DNA of 48,433 nt from positions 1-48,433 of the forward strand of contig CAVNZM010000034.1 of the NCBI GenBank assembly GCA_963693365.1. Direction: 5' to 3'. A program made the position numbers and the translations under genes. This document shows positions 1 through 48,433 of the stretch, in pieces. Each line of letters begins with the position of its first letter. Positions within the stretch are counted from its first letter, which is position 1. The notes below the pieces were generated by a model. That model ran no database searches, was not told the DNA's origin, and saw nothing but the letters and a program-made list of their open reading frames with translations. This DNA comes from Amoebidium appalachense. Its lineage: Eukaryota; Protista; Ichthyosporea.

Positions 1-376
1 CGCCCTTTTCCCCCTTCACCACTCACACCCTCCACCCGCAACAAAGTGTCCGTATGTGTCCCTGTTTTGTTTTCCTGTGCTGAATCACCTTCTCCCCCCC
101 CCCCCAAACACTTTGATTTGGTTATAATCTTAGGCACCAGAACTACAAACTAGTCACTAGTCGGTGAGATTTCACCATTACCACTGCCTGAATTACTTCT
201 TGTCAGGTCTTTATCTACACTTCTCGCTTTCTAATGATACCACAAAACCCACACCCAATATTCCTGTTTTCTGAAAAAAATATTCACACATCCTTTCTTC
301 CCCGGTTTCCTCCTGACCGATTCTGTCTTGCCCACGTGACCTCGGCAGTTTCTTATTGGTTCATTATCACGTGCAG

Positions 377-43811
<43,435 letters not shown>

Positions 43812-43877
43812 GATCTAGAATAAGGCCCTTTTATGCATGTTGTGCTGGTGGTAGTTCCAAAGGTTTTGCCAGGTGAA

Positions 43878-43883
43878 AATAAA
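43878..43883 (+). promoter_or_regulatory. Candidate polyadenylation signal AATAAA of the EGF gene
   Basis: AATAAA lies ~67 nt after the stop codon; the support is positional only. Confidence 0.35.
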
Positions 43884-44582
43884 TACTGTGACGATTCTCA
43901 GTTATTAATCTAGCAACTCGATCACGTGTACATATGTACAGTGCGACTATTATGTACTACTATAGGCCCTATGTATAGGGTGGCGCTTCAAGAAGTTCCG
44001 AGGCCCCAGGGTTACGGATCTTGACTTGTAGTGCCATGGCCATAGTGACACTGCGTGTATACATCTTGTTCATATCTAAATTCAGCCATTCAACCTTCAT
44101 CTTTCTACACTGATGTAGTGACTAAACAGACAACATCTCTGCTATTACGTAAGCCTTTTAAATTTTGTGTGTCGAACCTTAGTAATTCTGTAAGCTCAAA
44201 TGTCAAACAATTTTCCTAATATTAGAGCTAGTCATAGGGTTACAAAATGACTGTCCACAGAGCCAGTACTGAAGAAATACATGGAATGAAACCCAATCAA
44301 TTGCAAATATACACATCCGTCAACACGTTGACCGGGGCGGGCGCGCGGGGGGGGGGGGGGGGGGGGTCATACAGGTGATTCGACCTAAATCCGCCATGTG
44401 GCCCAGTTGACTTTAAAAACATATTCTTATTGGGCTATCCAGTGGGGATGATTCAAGCATTGCCCAGCCACCCGTAGTATCTGTATCTGACAACCGCCCT
44501 TTAAGCTCAGGTTACTCCAATCTAAGGTGTTTGTGGGTCTAGATCTGATGATTAAATGAGGTTCCGGTCCCAGTGTGTAACA

Positions 44583-44583
<1 letters not shown>

Positions 44584-44637
<54 letters not shown>

Positions 44638-44646
44638 GTGTGTGTG
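44584..44646. repeat. (TG)n microsatellite in convergent intergenic spacer
   Basis: Directly visible. Confidence 0.9.
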
Positions 44647-45151
44647 CGCGCGCCGCACGGTGCATATTTATGTAACATATCTACATCTATGTTTATAATG
44701 ATCAGGCTATAGCATAACATGAAGGTCCAAGTTTATTTCGTTCCACAAAAAACATATTCACAACCAGTGCTTTCTCTTCACACCATACACGTGCACACAC
44801 AAAAAAAATATTCACATTCATCATACGCTTAGATAGCAGCTTCACCAAATATATAGCGAGACATTCCAAATGCGAAAATTCAACCGAAAAACTTCATATA
44901 AATCGGTAAAATCTACCGGATAGAAGTGGAATGTACGACTGTGCGTAATTCACACTCTGGGAGTTCATGAATCATAAATAAATATATACATATCTCTCAT
45001 AGGTACAACCCGTCGTAGCTACAGTTCCAGTCAAACCCCGCCGGTTTCTCCCCATATTACCACCACACGCAAGTTCAACGTTAACACACTACCCTAACTA
45101 CAGCAATAACAAAAAAAAAAAAAAAACACAACAGCCTGTTCAAGCCAAGAT

Positions 45152-48100
45152 CTATACCACTTTCAGCGCCTCAAACTTTGCCGCCAACCGTTCATACAAT
45201 TCTGGGCAGGTTCCCGTGGTCAACCACTCTACCGCCTCTGCCCACCACGCCGCCGCAAATCGCTTGTTCCACTCACCCTCGTTATTTCCCCCCTCTTCAC
45301 CCAACAAAGGCGGGGGGGCGCCAAACAGGAGCTCATACGCCGACCGCAACGCGCCAATCACATCTCGGATGCGCGCATCCTGCTCATCTATCAACGGATA
45401 CGGGCTGTGATACTCTGGAGTGCCGACAATCAACTCGCAATTGAGTTCGTTTAAACGGTCGGCGCTTGACCAATCGTTGAGCAGGAGGTTGTTGGACGGG
45501 TCGAGGTACATGTTGGCAGGCTTAATATCGCGATGCACCACCCCGGCCTTGTGCACATCTCTCAGCAACAGCATCAGCTGCTTGATGTGTTTCCCCGTGG
45601 CCCTTTCCCCATCCTCCGTTTGGGGCCAAAGAGGCTTTCCGATGGGCTCCACCACAAGATAACCGTAGCCATCCGTTGTGTTTCCCACCTTCTTGGCCCG
45701 CGGAACAAAACCAATTTCTTTACTCTCGAGACGCGTTAGAATGGCGTGTTCGCGGTGGCAGGGGGAAGAGGAGTTGGTCCCATGAGGCTCCTTGTCCAAC
45801 TTTACCACCACCTGAAAGCGTAACGAGGTGGTGAGAATCTCTGCCAACCTGTTTCTCTCTGCTGTTATGCAGCCTACCATACCATCAACTCCGTCGCAGT
45901 ATCCCTTTCTTCGTTGTCTTCAAGCAGATTAACATCTAACTAAATTCCATATATGGCCAGTGTGCCTATACACGTGCACCCTGACCATGAACCAACGCAT
46001 ATGAAGCACAGAGAGAAGATACCTGATGTTCTTTGTGCACGCAGTGTTAGTCCATATGTGCCCGTACTGCAAAACAAACAATGGAAAAGACACGCGCAAG
46101 CAAGAGGGGAACACATGTGTTTTTGTAATTAACGAACATGACATACTATGCCCCTTGGTGGTCTGTGTTTCGGGTTGTTCATGCAGGTGGTGGTGAGAAG
46201 AGAGAGCAGAGATGCGAGGGACGGGGAGGAGGAAAGAGGAAGGGGGAGGGGGGGGGGGGGTGGGGGGTACGGAGTATGATGTACACATTGACAATGGGAG
46301 AGGCAATGCGTACTTACAAAGAAGAACACATTAAGGGACGTGTGCGTGTGTGTGTGTGGGGGGGGGGGGGGGGGGGGGGGAGGGGGGGGAGGAGGATTGC
46401 ACTAGAAGGGGGAAAGAAGATTAATAAAGCAAGGTCACCGAAAGCCGGACCACAAAGCTAAAGAGAATAAGCCGAGCTTGTTCTAAGAAGTGCCTTAGTT
46501 CATTCACTAATCGAAAGAAGCTCCAAGAATGTAAATCAGAGGGAGGGACAGAGTGAGCCTTGCCCAAGCAGTGTGTGAGTGCTTGTGGGATGTGAGCATA
46601 TGCGAGGCTCGCGGTTGTATGGTTGTGTGTGGTTGCGGGCATGCTGGTGCGTGTGTGGGGCTTTCGGAGTATACGGTGTGCCAGCATAGCACTTACTCCC
46701 CATAAAGGCCCAACCTTTGGAACCTTGGAACACAAAACCAAACACCCACCACACGTTTCTGGTTTCCTGTCGGCTCTCCCTTGAAGGCGATTGTAAACGC
46801 TCCCACACCTAATGCTCGATTGATAGTGAACTCCGGGTTGTTGTCAAACACAGACATGTCTGGCAGCCAGAATCCAATCTCCCTGGGATCCTGTGACAAA
46901 AGACCAAAAAGCATGTTCCAACCGTCTTTTCCGGTGTAAACCATACTGTGTTCGTAGATAAAACCCGTTGACCTGACCCTTATAATTTTGAAAAATTGAA
47001 ATAGATATCCATCAGTTAGCGTGACCACGATAAACGCACGGTGGGGCTGTTCTTTTTCGAGCAGATCACAGGCAAAATCCCAAACACGCCCTTGCTCCTC
47101 AGGAGAAAAACTGCCCATGCCTCTGGGCCTTTTCACTTCAATCATGGTGGTATTGCCAGGGGCCCGTCACGGTTGGGAAGGTAACACGGGATGTCAGGTT
47201 TACGCGAACCAAAACTAGGGGCTTTCTCTCGGTCACACAATGGGACGCTGCGGAACTGTGTTTCGGAATCGGGCACGTTCTGTAACACCTTCTGGATAAA
47301 ATCCTGTGCTTCTGCTTCGGTCCTCTTCTCCGCAACAACTCCCACCTCCGCCCCACACTCGAGCTCGACCGGGGGCCAACTTGGCTGCAGTACCTGCAAC
47401 CGGCCAGCTTTTTTCGCCTCCTGGAACATGCGGCTGTAGCTCGACTCTGTGCGAACACCGGGACGCCGTGCCAATGATGCCTGAGCAACTGCCGAAGAAG
47501 AACCTGTTAGTTGCCTTAAGGAGAGCTGGGTCACTGCATTGCACAGCCTTTCGGTGCCTTGCCCAAACCAATGTTCAAGAAAGGCAAAACCAACCAACCC
47601 GAAGGAATCAATAGCACAGGTTGAGCAAAATATACACTAACAGAACTAAAGACCGCAAAGGTGATCCGCAAGGTCGGTCAGACAGCTTGTACTTTGCGTT
47701 TCTGAGCACTGTTGCTTGTTCAGGTGCACAAGGAGGCAACCTACGGCAGAGAGGAAAGTGCTGATGCTCAAAGGCTTGACTTGACTTACGTAGCTGAAAG
47801 ACGCACAGCTAACTACAACAGCTTTTCGCCTCAATAAACTCATAAAAGAACTCTAAGAACTTTACCTTTCATATCCAGGTCAGAAAGTTTGTCCGAAAAC
47901 TCTGCAAGAACGGCCTTCTCCTTTTCCAAACGTGCTACCTCGTCGTCCTTCTCCTTTCTCAAACGTGCTACCTCGTCGTCCTTCTCCTTTCTCAAGCGTT
48001 CTACCTCGTTGTCCTTCTCCTTTCTCAAGCGCTCTACCTCCTTTCTCAAACGTGCTACCTCGTCATCCTTCTCCTTTCTCAAACGTGCCAACTCTTCGTT

Positions 48101-48313
48101 CTTCTCCTTTTTCAGATCTTCCTTTTCCGTTTTGTAATATTCCTTCTCCTTTATCAAGCCCTCTTCCCTCTTACTGATTTGGTTTAGTTCGATTTCCAAT
48201 CGTGATACTTGAAACCTCAGGATTTCACATTCAAACGTTGAATCCTGTTTCGCCCCTATCTTTTCCTTCCGCCTGTCCTCCCGGTTTGTTACGTGCTGCT
48301 CCTCATCACCCAT
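45152..48313 (-). CDS. Crinkler-effector-like protein: coiled coil + PD-(D/E)xK REase-like domain + Ser/Thr protein kinase (~630 aa, 3 exons)
   Basis: Predicted exons: 48313-47866 (donor G|GTAAAG), 47533-46750 (acceptor TGCAG, donor GTG|GTGGGT; one missing base near 47150) and 45811-45152 (acceptor TTTCAG). Nuclease-fold motifs: RKPD...IEVK and LTDG..FQFF. Kinase motifs: LGVGAFTIAF (Gly loop), VVVK, E of helix C (HRE), VHRDIKPAN, LLNDWS (DFG equivalent) and GTPEY. Total length is a multiple of 3 after a 1-nt correction. Confidence 0.78.
47914..48112 (-). repeat. Coding 33-bp tandem repeat (11-aa unit RLRKEKDDEVA, ~5-6 copies, one shortened to 7 aa)
   Basis: Plus-strand unit cttctcctttctcaaacgtgctacctcgtcgtc is repeated in exon 1 of the kinase gene. 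Confidence 0.9.
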
Positions 48314-48433
48314 CTTTTCGCTACTTTCAACCCTGCTTCTTCATTAAACCTAGCAAAATGCGCCCTTCATTACTTTGTCTTTTTAACCCCTCATCGTTCG
48401 TACTCAAACAGCGGTGTGGCGACTTGATCTCAA

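Noticed and set aside
46691-46697. Alternative donor GTAAGT (minus strand) for kinase exon 2
   Set aside because: It is out of phase with the 45811 acceptor and would insert residues between the Gly loop and the VVVK lysine; the donor at 46749 fits better.
47646-47843. 65-aa minus-strand ORF
   Set aside because: It lies in predicted intron 1 of the kinase gene, has no recognisable motif and is not needed to keep frame.

Overview
Eukaryotic, intron-rich DNA; the organism cannot be identified from the window. Bases ~377-43811 (+) hold the 3' part of one giant gene: about 60 GT-AG exons read by hand, ~11.2 kb coding, ~3,700 aa, with the N-terminus upstream of the window. It encodes ~79 tandem, mostly calcium-binding EGF-like repeats, then a predicted beta-sandwich domain and a bacterial-type 'choice-of-anchor A' adhesin domain at the C-terminus. 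The first 51 exons are symmetric phase-1 cassettes of one (three times two) EGF each. The later exons carry several EGFs and are split inside domains. Introns are packed with sense-strand poly-C, (CA)n and (CT)n, and also contain small TIR elements and decayed duplicates of splice junctions. A convergent 3-exon minus-strand gene (48313-45152) encodes an 11-residue-repeat coiled coil, a PD-(D/E)xK nuclease-like domain and a protein kinase, resembling Crinkler-type effectors. Apparent single-base frameshifts occur only after ~35.3 kb and are most likely consensus errors. Nearly all ORFs in the supplied track are low-complexity artefacts.
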